From a virus (Duplodnaviria > Caudoviricetes), in IMG/VR virus record IMGVR_UViG_3300027763_000080, positions 1-50,833 of that record: 50,833 nucleotides of DNA; one strand, 5' to 3'. Under the pieces are notes generated by a model. The model searched no databases, was not told the DNA's origin, and saw only the letters and a list, made by a program, of their open reading frames with translations. The position numbers were made by a program, and so were the translations under genes. Shown piece after piece: positions 27,951 to 38,100 of the stretch. Each line of letters begins with the position of its first letter. The first letter of the stretch is position 1.

Positions 27951-28730
27951 ATGAATATAGTAACAAAATACCCAGTTTTAGTTAATCCGGCGCGACCAGA
28001 CATTAATGACTACAAATTAAATGACCCTAAATTTGATTTACCTGGAGCAATTCAACAAGTTGCAGTAGGTGATTTCGTTATTAAAGGAACAAATCCTGTT
28101 TTTGATAATGACAAAGAGGTAACACAGAATGAATTTATGTATCTTAAAGAACTTGATTCAAATGGTGAAGTATTAACACCAATGGATGAGTATTTGTATT
28201 CTGGAAGAAACTATTCTGATGGAGCATTTGATTTTGGTGAGTTCACAAGTTATGGTGATGTTTTTGAAAATCTTACCGGAGCTGAATTATTGGGTAATCC
28301 ATATTCAAAACCAAAAACAAATCCATTAGGAAAACCACTTGGAAGTGGTTTAACTCCAACAAAAATAACACCTGCACAATTTACCGCAAGTGTGAAAGAC
28401 ATACCAGGAGGACCATCAGCAGCTGAACAAGTAGATAAAGCTAAGAAAGAAGGTAAATTCTGGAATTCTTTAAAAGGTAGTTGGGATAAATTCAAAGTAA
28501 CTGAAAATGGACAAATTATTGTTCAATCAGGAATGGCTTTACTTTTAAGTAAATTAGGTAATGCGGGTACAACAGCTCCAACAACAGATACAGCTCCAAC
28601 AGCAGATGGTAATAGTAATGAAAACCTTAATGGTAAACAACCAATGTCAAAAACAACAAAAACAATTTTAATTGTAGGTGGTGTTGCAGTTTTAGGATTG
28701 ATTATTTTTTCAGTTCTTAAAAAGAAATAA
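27951..28730 (+). CDS. Tail-anchored membrane protein
   Basis: PMSK-TM-KKK end. Confidence 0.8.
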   Translation: MNIVTKYPVLVNPARPDINDYKLNDPKFDLPGAIQQVAVGDFVIKGTNPVFDNDKEVTQNEFMYLKELDSNGEVLTPMDEYLYSGRNYSDGAFDFGEFTSYGDVFENLTGAELLGNPYSKPKTNPLGKPLGSGLTPTKITPAQFTASVKDIPGGPSAAEQVDKAKKEGKFWNSLKGSWDKFKVTENGQIIVQSGMALLLSKLGNAGTTAPTTDTAPTADGNSNENLNGKQPMSKTTKTILIVGGVAVLGLIIFSVLKKK

Positions 28731-28735
28731 GCAGT

Positions 28736-29524
28736 ATGTTTGGTAAAGAATATAATTCTTCAAATAATAAGTTTAGTTTATACATAACTATTACTTGTTC
28801 AGGCGAGAAAAAGTTTCGTGTTTGGGCTGAGGAATTTCAAAAACCAAATTCAAAATATGCTGACAGAGAAATTGTTGTGAAAGGTACACGTACTATTCAT
28901 TTCAATTTTCCTGTATCACCACAAAAGTTATTTATTGGATGTTTAAACGCTGAAAACCCAGGTGATAATGATTTTAAGGTTGAATTAAAAGAAAGTGAAT
29001 TAATCACATACAACGTTTGGTTAGATTCAGACACACGTGATTTTCTTTCTTTAGCAATTCCTTTTTGTCAAGTTAGTGGGTTTACTAAAGCCGCTGATAA
29101 TGGTCGTATTTGGACAACACAAGATAAGTTATTTACGATTAAATATTTTAATGTAATAACAGACCAGAAGTCAGGTCAAGTGATGAACACACCTGCGCGT
29201 ATTGGACATAAGAGTGGTATTATCGAAACAGCGAAAGTTAAGTTTGATAAATACACAATTCCAATGCGTTTGATTATATTATTGCATGAGTTTTCTCATA
29301 AATACAAGAACCCTAAAATTGGTTTGGAAATTAATGATGAAATTGGTGCTGACATAAATGCTTTGTATATTTACCTTGGATTAGGTTTCTCAAAAATTGA
29401 TGCAATTTGTGTCTTTGCAAACGTGTTCCTTAAAGCTCAAACTAAAGGAAACATTGAACGTATGCGTAAGATTATGGATTACATTCAGAAATTTGAGAAT
29501 CAAGAGTTCGCGAAACGCAACTAA
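28736..29524 (+). CDS. Zincin-like metalloprotease (HExxH)
   Basis: IILLHEFSH followed by downstream E..AD third-ligand motif. Confidence 0.7.
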   Translation: MFGKEYNSSNNKFSLYITITCSGEKKFRVWAEEFQKPNSKYADREIVVKGTRTIHFNFPVSPQKLFIGCLNAENPGDNDFKVELKESELITYNVWLDSDTRDFLSLAIPFCQVSGFTKAADNGRIWTTQDKLFTIKYFNVITDQKSGQVMNTPARIGHKSGIIETAKVKFDKYTIPMRLIILLHEFSHKYKNPKIGLEINDEIGADINALYIYLGLGFSKIDAICVFANVFLKAQTKGNIERMRKIMDYIQKFENQEFAKRN

Positions 29525-29535
29525 AAAGGAAAATA

Positions 29536-30612
29536 ATGGAATTATTTGATATTGATGAGTATGATTTAAAAGGTCGCTTGAATCAATTCCTGTATGGATC
29601 TGGTTCTGAATCTTCTTATGAAGATAGTGATAACTTTGATGATTTTGATGAATCAGTTGAAGATATAGATTTTAGTTCATTGGATGGTGAAAATTTTAAA
29701 ACAAATTTCACAAAAGTAAATACTAAAATTCAAAAGGTAATTGTACCTCAGAATAGAAGTGTGATTGTTGAAGGTACTGCAAGGAGAAGATTTAAACGTC
29801 CAGAAGTAAATAAAGCAATTAAAAGAACAAGAGATGTGCAAAAGAGCGCATCTAATGAAGTTTTAAGTAGAAGTAATGTAACTAAACCTTTCACACGCAG
29901 AAAAGTCATTGAAGACATTCCAGTTAAAAAGAATGCTATGATTAGTGGGCGTAACAAAAAACTTATTTCAAAGGTAATTGTACCGAGAGATAGAGAAGTT
30001 ATTGTTGAAGGTATTTCAAAATTCATTTTATCACAAGATAAACGTGATGAAAGAATTAAGCAAATTGGTTACAAAAATGGAAAGAAACTAAAAGAGTTGA
30101 TTTTAGAGATTAATAACGATACAGATATTGATTTCAATTTGAACCTTTTTGACCCTTCGATGCCATTGGATTACCTTTACTCAACTTCACAAAATTTGAA
30201 CAACAGAGTAACCGTAGCTGGTGGTAATGCGCAGTATAGTGATATATTATTTAACTTACTTGCAAACCCACCAATTATACATAGTGCTTATTTTACATTT
30301 TCAGGCCCATCTGGTCAGTTAATTAAACAACAAGCATTGGCGATGAAGTTCATAAATAAAAATATGCAAGGGTATAAGAAAATTGACCCGGTAAACTTAT
30401 CATTGAAAATTGATAACATGCAGACATTTAATTATGTAATTGCATTTGATTTAGAGGATAGTTTGAATAGACCTTTTATTCCAGATGGAATGGATGTAAT
30501 TAATTATACCATTTTTGCAGGAATGACAGTTACTATGGTATATTTTTACGAACAAGTACAAATTAAAGGTGTATTCTACGAAGAAGCACGCGAAAGTAAA
30601 AGATTATTGTAA
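29536..30612 (+). CDS. Second capsid-like protein, C-terminal domain paralogous to 22829
   Basis: Collinear motifs with 22829 (N.T......LF; Y..L; G.....P.NL; D..Q; DG...I); acidic then basic N-terminal extension with duplicated KVIVP..R.VIVEG. Confidence 0.55.
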   Translation: MELFDIDEYDLKGRLNQFLYGSGSESSYEDSDNFDDFDESVEDIDFSSLDGENFKTNFTKVNTKIQKVIVPQNRSVIVEGTARRRFKRPEVNKAIKRTRDVQKSASNEVLSRSNVTKPFTRRKVIEDIPVKKNAMISGRNKKLISKVIVPRDREVIVEGISKFILSQDKRDERIKQIGYKNGKKLKELILEINNDTDIDFNLNLFDPSMPLDYLYSTSQNLNNRVTVAGGNAQYSDILFNLLANPPIIHSAYFTFSGPSGQLIKQQALAMKFINKNMQGYKKIDPVNLSLKIDNMQTFNYVIAFDLEDSLNRPFIPDGMDVINYTIFAGMTVTMVYFYEQVQIKGVFYEEARESKRLL

Positions 30613-30614
30613 TT

Positions 30615-31679
30615 ATGAGCATGTACGCACAACAGTATCAAAACCCATCAAGAATCGTTACAGGAACTCCTGTATTGACAAATGATGATGTCGTTTTGTA
30701 TTGTAACACAAGTACGGGTCCAGTTACAATTAACCTTTTAGATATTCCAAATGATTACTGGATGACTACATGGAAATTATATGTAGTCGATTATTCCAAT
30801 AATGCATCAACAAATAATATTACAATTAATGCTGGAACTGGGCAAACAATTAATGCTCAAGCAAGTGTAACAATCAATTCAAACGGAGGAAGTGTAATTG
30901 TAAGAATATCAGGAAACACAACATTTGTGTGTGAGCCTATTGCAACAACTTTGAATGATACAGGTTGGGTTGATTTATTAGGATTTAGTTGGATTACTTC
31001 AGCGGAGCGAAAACCGCAATTTAGAGTTTATGGTAAGCAAATATTTTTTAGAGGAACGGCTATTGTACCTCTTAGTAACACTGTAGGTGGTGATTTATTA
31101 ATACCAATGACAGAAGTAGGTATTGGTGCTTATTACACGAAAGATGCATACGCTTACGTTTATCAAGGAACCGGAGGATGTTTATTAAATTCAAACGGGT
31201 CTTGTTATTTCAATTTGGGAAATAGTATTTTTCCAAGTGGTTATAATATTTTTATTGATAAATTGTATAATACAGGTTTTCAAATAGCAAATAGAGTTGT
31301 TGCAACTAAAGATGCTAATTCGGGCGTTGCCTTATCTTCTGCAATTAATGTAGTTATAAACCCAACGAATCAACTTTATTTACAAACTTACAAAGATGTA
31401 GAATCTTCACCTTACATTCCAAATGCCGTTAATGGAATTGGTTCTGGAGGCGCAAGACAATTAATTTCAAAAGTAAAATCAGGTCAATATGTTGTTAGTT
31501 GGCAATTAAGTGGAGGAGGATATGCACAAAGTTCAATTAGTAATGTAAACTACACGAGAAACTGGAATATCCCTAGTAACAGCAATCAGTTTTTGTTTGA
31601 TTGCGACCCTGGTGAAGAAACGGAAATTGGAGGATTTCAAGTTAACTTAGATGGACTTATGGCATTTAATAGAATTTAA
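30615..31679 (+). CDS. Spike/fibre-like beta-rich protein
   Basis: N-terminal CNTSTGPVTINL...DYSNNASTNNITI...TIN module common in viral fibres; DTGWVDL junction. Confidence 0.55.
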   Translation: MSMYAQQYQNPSRIVTGTPVLTNDDVVLYCNTSTGPVTINLLDIPNDYWMTTWKLYVVDYSNNASTNNITINAGTGQTINAQASVTINSNGGSVIVRISGNTTFVCEPIATTLNDTGWVDLLGFSWITSAERKPQFRVYGKQIFFRGTAIVPLSNTVGGDLLIPMTEVGIGAYYTKDAYAYVYQGTGGCLLNSNGSCYFNLGNSIFPSGYNIFIDKLYNTGFQIANRVVATKDANSGVALSSAINVVINPTNQLYLQTYKDVESSPYIPNAVNGIGSGGARQLISKVKSGQYVVSWQLSGGGYAQSSISNVNYTRNWNIPSNSNQFLFDCDPGEETEIGGFQVNLDGLMAFNRI

Positions 31680-31696
31680 TAAACAAAATAAAAAAC

Positions 31697-32191
31697 ATGG
31701 CAGTAAATACAAAATTCGCACAACAATCATTTCAAGGTTTACCACCTTGGGCAAAAGGAGTTATTTCAATAGGTGTTCTTGCTGGAGTTGGTTATCTTAT
31801 TTATAGAATCACAAAAAAATTAGGTGAAGAACCTTTACGTGATGCAACAGAAGATAAACAAATTAAAGATGAACTTGAAACAGAAATCAAGAAAACACCT
31901 TTAACTTATGGTACTTCACAATATGCCACTTTTGCTAACAACATTCAAGAAGCAGGTTATGATGTAGGTACGGATGAGGATGCAATTTATGCTGTATTTA
32001 GAAAAATTAAAAACAACGCAGATTATTTAGCTTTGTTAAAAGCATGGGGAAAACCTACACGCACAGTTTATGAATGGGGAATTGGTCGTAAAAAGACGTT
32101 AACTCAATTCATACATAGTGAAATGGATTCATCAGAAATTAAGAAGATAAACACAATTTTAATGAACAACAAAGTTAAATACAGAATATAA
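31697..32191 (+). CDS. Membrane protein with annexin-like GTDE motif
   Basis: N-terminal TM; AGYDVGTDEDAIYAVF. Confidence 0.6.
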   Translation: MAVNTKFAQQSFQGLPPWAKGVISIGVLAGVGYLIYRITKKLGEEPLRDATEDKQIKDELETEIKKTPLTYGTSQYATFANNIQEAGYDVGTDEDAIYAVFRKIKNNADYLALLKAWGKPTRTVYEWGIGRKKTLTQFIHSEMDSSEIKKINTILMNNKVKYRI

Positions 32192-32207
32192 TTAAAAATC
32201 AAATCAA

Positions 32208-32408
32208 ATGAAAAACCCGACAGTTCAAAAAACAGTAAAAATCGCTACAATCGCAGGATCTGCCGCATTAGTAGTAGGAGCAGGAATGCAATTGCTTTCT
32301 GTAAAAAATGTTCGTGAAGGAATTATGCCAGTAATCGCTATTTTAGTTGGTGTGGCAGCGTTCAATTACGCAATGAAAGACAAAGTAGTAACAGTAACAA
32401 AAGATTAA
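32208..32408 (+). CDS. Two-TM small membrane protein
   Basis: Two hydrophobic segments. Confidence 0.75.
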   Translation: MKNPTVQKTVKIATIAGSAALVVGAGMQLLSVKNVREGIMPVIAILVGVAAFNYAMKDKVVTVTKD

Positions 32409-32444
32409 TTAACAATTTTATTAACAACCAAAAACCCAGAAAAA

Positions 32445-32552
32445 ATGTTTGACATTAAAAACCCTAACACGTTCCTTGGAGGACAAAACGTACACAATCT
32501 AATCATCATCGGATTGTTAACTTTTCTTGTAGTTAAACAAGTTAAGAAATAA
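32445..32552 (+). CDS. 35-aa membrane protein (not in ORF track)
   Basis: MFDIKNPNTFLGGQNVHNLIIIGLLTFLVVKQVKK. Confidence 0.7.
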   Translation: MFDIKNPNTFLGGQNVHNLIIIGLLTFLVVKQVKK

Positions 32553-32582
32553 TTATTTACAAACTATTTAAAATTTAAAGAG

Positions 32583-32798
32583 ATGTTAAAAACAGCAACA
32601 GACAAAGTAAAAGCAAACGTAATTGGAACAATTGCAGGAGCAGGATTGACTTATTTCGCAGTTAAAAAATACACAGGTATTTCAAAAACTTGGCAATTAG
32701 TAGGTTTAGCAGTATTAGGTGGTTTAGCAGGTGCTTATGCACAATCGTCTATTAAAGCAAAATCTTCAACACCAAAAGCAGGAACAGTTAAAAAATAA
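32583..32798 (+). CDS. Two-TM Gly/Ala-rich membrane protein
   Basis: GxxxG-rich hydrophobic helices, basic tail. Confidence 0.75.
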   Translation: MLKTATDKVKANVIGTIAGAGLTYFAVKKYTGISKTWQLVGLAVLGGLAGAYAQSSIKAKSSTPKAGTVKK

Positions 32799-32803
32799 TT
32801 ATT

Positions 32804-33688
32804 ATGAACGATAACACTAAAAGATTATTACTTATTGGTGGTTCATTGATTGTTATTGGAGGTGTAGTATATTATTTCTACAATAAATCTAAATCATCTA
32901 AACCAGGAATAGTTGATACCGATGGAGATGGTATTCCTGATTCTGAAGATTCAACTCCAAATGGTGAACCAACAACTATTACTCCTGGTGGAACAGGTGG
33001 TGGTGGAACAGGTGGTGGTGGCACAATTACTACAACACCAACTGCATTGAATACAGTTGAAAAAATTAAAGCGTTCCAGGATTGGATGGATAAAAATCAT
33101 CCTTTATGGATTAAAGATACTGATGGTAAGTATAAAAACTTACGTGTAGGTACAGCTTCTGAACCTAATCGCCATATTGGTGGAAAAGGTTATGGTATTT
33201 ATGGACCTTCAACTAAATCTGCATTTACATTATTTGGTTCAAGTTATTCACCTTCAACAATTGGTGGTGGTACAACTATTCCTGCTGACGTTGAAAAAGC
33301 TATTAGCTTAATTCTTGCTAAAGGAACAGGACCAAAAGTGAAAAGAGAATACCTAGAAATGCGAGATCCAAGTTGGTTAAAATTATGGGCATTTAATCTT
33401 GATAATGATAAATCTGCATTTGTTTGGGGTGGTAAAACATTTAGAACAAAAACAGGTGATGTTGTTTTAGATATTAATCCAATTGAAGTTGCTGTAAAAG
33501 TAAAAGCAAATGGAACAAATGCTTATGAATTTCCAACAACCACATCTCAAAAAATAGGTGTTGCTGGTGGAACTAATGTCGGTAAAGTTCGTGCGGTATC
33601 TTATAATCAAGATGCATTATGGTTTTATTTACCAGACAATGGTGGTAATTACAAATGGGGATTGGCTAATTACTTTGTAAAAGCATAA
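32804..33688 (+). CDS. Membrane-anchored protein with putative peptidoglycan-binding and SH3-like domains
   Basis: N-terminal TM, DTDGDG, Gly/Thr linker, IKAFQDW...GIYGPST. Confidence 0.55.
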   Translation: MNDNTKRLLLIGGSLIVIGGVVYYFYNKSKSSKPGIVDTDGDGIPDSEDSTPNGEPTTITPGGTGGGGTGGGGTITTTPTALNTVEKIKAFQDWMDKNHPLWIKDTDGKYKNLRVGTASEPNRHIGGKGYGIYGPSTKSAFTLFGSSYSPSTIGGGTTIPADVEKAISLILAKGTGPKVKREYLEMRDPSWLKLWAFNLDNDKSAFVWGGKTFRTKTGDVVLDINPIEVAVKVKANGTNAYEFPTTTSQKIGVAGGTNVGKVRAVSYNQDALWFYLPDNGGNYKWGLANYFVKA

Positions 33689-33691
33689 CAA

Positions 33692-34261
33692 ATGAGTAAA
33701 CAAACAGATTTCATCACAAAACACAAAGATGGTGTTATTAAAGCTACTTATGATACTGGGATATTTCCTAGTGTCAAAATGGCTCAAATGATATTAGAGA
33801 GCGGTTGGGGTGCGTCTGCAAATGCTCGTTTAGCAAACAATTATTTTGGCATTAAAAAGGGTGTTGGATGGACTGGTGAAACTATTACATTATCAACACC
33901 CAACGATGCGAAGAAAACCAATGAGTTTCGTAAATACAAAACATCACAAGATTCAGTTGCAGACCATACTTCATTTTTGCAAAGGAATAAAAGGTATGAA
34001 AATGCAGGAGTATTCAATGCGAAAACACCAGAAGAACAAATTCAAGCAATTGCTAAAGCAGGATATGCAGAGGCAAAAGATTATGTACCTAAGGTTTTAT
34101 CTGTTATTAAAAGTAACAATTTGAAACAATTAGATGAAGAAGCCAAAAAGTATAAACCAGAAAATTCTGGTAAAAAAATTGATTCAAAACAAATTATAGT
34201 AACTGCAATTGGTGTTGTTGCTTTATATGTTTTATACATTAAATTAATAAAAAAGAAATGA
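33692..34261 (+). CDS. GH73 (FlgJ-type) glucosaminidase/muramidase with C-terminal membrane anchor
   Basis: AQMILESGWG, NNYFGIK, FRKY, AGYA...Y; TM plus KKK. Confidence 0.9.
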   Translation: MSKQTDFITKHKDGVIKATYDTGIFPSVKMAQMILESGWGASANARLANNYFGIKKGVGWTGETITLSTPNDAKKTNEFRKYKTSQDSVADHTSFLQRNKRYENAGVFNAKTPEEQIQAIAKAGYAEAKDYVPKVLSVIKSNNLKQLDEEAKKYKPENSGKKIDSKQIIVTAIGVVALYVLYIKLIKKK

Positions 34262-34752
34262 AAACAAATTTAGAACTTGATGGTGAAAACATTTCAATTG
34301 AGCAATCATCACCATCTGATATACGTAGAACATTAGACCAGGATGATTTCTATCCTGCTGATGGAAATTATGCAAATGAAGATGGTATTGTAACAATGGT
34401 TGCAGCATCAGCTGCTCAAAACACACCAAACTATTATGACCAGGATAATTTTTATCCGGCAGATGGTAGTGGGAAAGCACGAAGACAAGCAAACAAAAAA
34501 AGAAGACAAGACGCAAGATTTTCAAAAAAAGGTGCAAAAACATCAGAGATTCAATCTCGTGCAGAATTGAATAAAGGATTATCGCAAGATAAGGCATCAG
34601 ACGTTGAATTAGCGAAGGCATTGAAAGGTGATGATACATCTACATCAAAAACAACAGAACCGATGGCTAAGAACACGAAAATAGCAATTGGAGTTGGTGT
34701 TGTGGTGGTATTAGGTGCTATTGCATTTTTCGTATTAAGAAAGAAAAAATAA
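34258..34752 (+). CDS. Tail-anchored protein with duplicated DQD.FYPADG and basic block
   Basis: FYPADG x2, ARRQANKKRR, PMAK-TM-RKKK. Confidence 0.8.
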   Translation: MKTNLELDGENISIEQSSPSDIRRTLDQDDFYPADGNYANEDGIVTMVAASAAQNTPNYYDQDNFYPADGSGKARRQANKKRRQDARFSKKGAKTSEIQSRAELNKGLSQDKASDVELAKALKGDDTSTSKTTEPMAKNTKIAIGVGVVVVLGAIAFFVLRKKK

Positions 34753-34758
34753 TACGTT

Positions 34759-34828
34759 CATACTTATGTGTTAAACTGGTTTTATAACCTTTTAAACACA
34801 GGTAGTATGTGCGCAATTATTATATTTG
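34759..34828 (+). promoter_or_regulatory. Long imperfect hairpin (34759-34809) followed by -7 element TATATTTG (34821-34828)
   Basis: CATACT/AGTATG, TGTGT/ACACA, TTAAA/TTTAA, GGTT/AACC nested arms. Confidence 0.5.
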
Positions 34829-34868
34829 CATTAAGGTATTTTATCTTAATAAGTAAAAAATAGAAATT

Positions 34869-35141
34869 ATGGGTTTTAAAACACAAAGTGTATTTACCGC
34901 AACATTTACAAATACTACATTCGTTCTTACAGAAACAATGGGATTAAGCGTTGTTTCTATCAATTTAATATCAGGAGTTGCAACTATTTTAGGTACAGCG
35001 GCAACACCTGGTGTAACATTAAGTACAGCGGCATTAACAGTAGGTCAACCTATTTTGTTAAACGCAGACAATGGTTATACATTAGGAACAATTACAATTG
35101 ATTCAACAGCGGGTGGAGTATTTCAGGTGATTGCTAAATAA
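34869..35141 (+). CDS. Small beta-rich structural protein
   Basis: 90 aa, T/G/V-rich, first gene of the fibre operon. Confidence 0.65.
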   Translation: MGFKTQSVFTATFTNTTFVLTETMGLSVVSINLISGVATILGTAATPGVTLSTAALTVGQPILLNADNGYTLGTITIDSTAGGVFQVIAK

Positions 35142-35159
35142 CACTTAAAAAATATATAT

Positions 35160-38100
35160 ATGAGTGAATTTGGTTTTCAGTCAGGCGGTGGAGGTGGATC
35201 CGGGCCTGCTTCATGTTGTTGGATAGTACAATGTGGAACGGGTGCATTATCTACAATGAGGATATGTTCATCAAATACAGCTAGTGGTACATATTCAACA
35301 GTTTTTGGTCGATGTAATTCGGTTAGCGGAAATTATGGTGCTGATTATGGGGTCATATCTGGTGGATTTAGGAATTGTTCTAGTAGTTGTTTTGCAACGA
35401 TTAGCGGTGGTGCTTACAATTGTGCAAGCGGTACTTATTCATTTATTGGAGGCGGTGGTTATATTTCGGGTAATGGAAATGTAGCTAGTGGTAGAGCATC
35501 TGCTATTGTAGGCGGTGGTGGATATTTATTTACTAACAACACAACAAGCGGATGTTATTCATTTATTGGTGGTGGTTCGGCTAATTTAGGTTCGGCTAAA
35601 TTTTCTACAATTAGTGGTGGCTTATGTAATACATCTTCGGGTTTTTACTCAACAATTTCGGGCGGATATTGCCATATTGCTTCGGGTATTGCTAGTTTTG
35701 TTGGTGGAGGACACACCAATGTTGCTTCGGGTAGAGATGGAGCAATCACTGGAGGTTCTCAAAATCGTTCGATTGGATGTTGCAGTTTCGTAGGAGCAGG
35801 GTTTAACAACTCGGCTTGTGGAAATGTTTCAATGATTGGAGCAGGTGTGTCAAATACAACTAGCGGTTATAATTCCGTAGTTGTTGGTGGATTTGGAAAT
35901 GCATCTATTGGTTTACAATCTACAATAGTTGGGGGTTTAAAAAATTATAATAATGCATTTGATGGTTTTATTGGTGGAGGTAACTGCAACAATGTTTGTA
36001 ACACAACAAGCGGATGTTTAGCATTTGGTGCTGTTGTAACAGGTGGTGTTGGAAACAATACAACAGGCGGTACTTGGACATTAGCAAGTTGTTGTTTCAC
36101 AGTTGCGCCTACTATTTGTAATGCAGGTCAATATTCTTTCGTTGGTGGTGGTTTTCAAAATAGAGCAACATCAAATAATGCAGTAGTTAGTGGTGGATCT
36201 CAAAATACATCTTCAAATAGTGCCACAACAATTGGAGGAGGATTTAATAATAATACAAGTGGAGGATTCTCAACAATTGGAGGTGGACTTTGTAATATAG
36301 CGAGTGGTTGTGTAGATACAATTGCAGGAGGATGGTCTAATACGGCGAGTTTAGCAAACTCATTTATAGGTGGTGGATGTTTAAATACTACAAGCGCTGA
36401 TGCAACAGGAATTTTAGGTGGTATTAGTAACATAGCATCAAGTGCATGTTCATTTATTGTAGGTAGTAATATAACAACTAACAGAGTGTGTACAACCTTT
36501 GTTAATGATTTAACAATAGTAAGTGCAGCGGCTTGTAGTGGATGTGGTGTTTGTGTTTCAACAAATGGTTTACTTGTTCCTTACACAGCAGGTGGTGGAG
36601 GTGCTGGAATTGTTGTATTAGGAGCAGGAACTACATCTACTTTAAGATGTGGTGCAACAAATACTGCATCTGGTAATTATTCAACAGTATTCGGTCAATG
36701 TAATACTGCAAGTGGTTTACGTTCAGCAGTAGTTGGAGGATTGAAGAATCTAAATAATTCAATTGATGGTTTCGTAGGTGGCGGTAACTGCAACTTTGCG
36801 TGTAATTCAACAAGCGGTTGTTTATCTTTTGGAGCAGTTGTAGTAGGTGGTGTTGGTAACAACACGACTGGAGGTACATGGACATTGGCAAGTTGTTGTT
36901 TTACTGTTGCACCTACAATTTGCAATGCTGGTCAATATTCATCAGTTGGAGGTGGGTGTCAAAACCGAGCCGGTGGAAGAGCTTCAACGGCAAGTGGTGG
37001 TGAAAAGAATGTTTCTATAGGAGATGCGTCAGTAATAAGTGGTGGTAGCTGTAACACTTCATCTGGAACTAATTCAACCGTTGGTGGTGGATTTTGTAAT
37101 AATGTAAGTGGATTTTGGGCAACAATTGGTGGAGGTTGTTCCAACTGCAATGCTGGACAATATAGTTTTATTGGAAGTGGTCAAGGTAATAATGTCGCTG
37201 GTGGTTCAAACAATGTAATTACTGGGGGTCAAAATAATACTCTTAGTTCGCAGTTAAGTTATGCAACTATTGTTGGTGGTGTGCAAAACAATATGTCAGG
37301 TACAAATTCAGCTACTTATTCTGTCTGGCGTCCATATTCATTTATTGGAGGTGGTTTTTTAAATTCAATTAATACATCATTTAGTGGTTGTTATTCTACA
37401 TATAATGCACAACATTTTATTGGCGGAGGACAGCAAAATTTAGCTGGTTATACTGTAAGCTCTGATTATGCTGTATTTTATCCAAATACAATAGGCGGTG
37501 GTCAACAAAATAATTCAACAGGTGTTGGCGCAACAATAGGTGGAGGTTTTGCAAATAATGCTACTGCTCAATTTTCTATTGTAAGTGGTGGATCTAGTAA
37601 TAATGCTAGTGGTGGTTTTTCCGCGATTGTTGGAGGAGATGGTAATGTAGCAAGTAATTCAGGTTCATTTGTAGGTGGTGGAGTTAGTAATACAGCCAGT
37701 GGTTATCGTTCAACTCTAAGTGGAGGGTATAGAAATACAGCAAGTGGTCGTTCATCAAATGTAACAGGAGGTAGATGTAATACAACATCTAGTTATTATT
37801 CAACTATTAATGGAGGTTGTTGTAATTTAATTTGCTGTAATACTTTATTGGCTACTATGGGTTGTGGTTCTGTAATCGGAGGGGGAGGATGTAATACTAT
37901 ATCTAATAAATGTTCAACAATAAGCGGAGGATATTATAATTTATCTAATGCTGTTGACACATTTATTGGAGGAGGTAATTATAATACTACATGTGGTACT
38001 TTTGCTGCAGGACAAACCACAGGAGCAGTTGTTGTAGGAGGTATTGGTAACAACACAACAGGAGGAACTTGGTCTTCATATAATTGTAATTGGACTGGTT

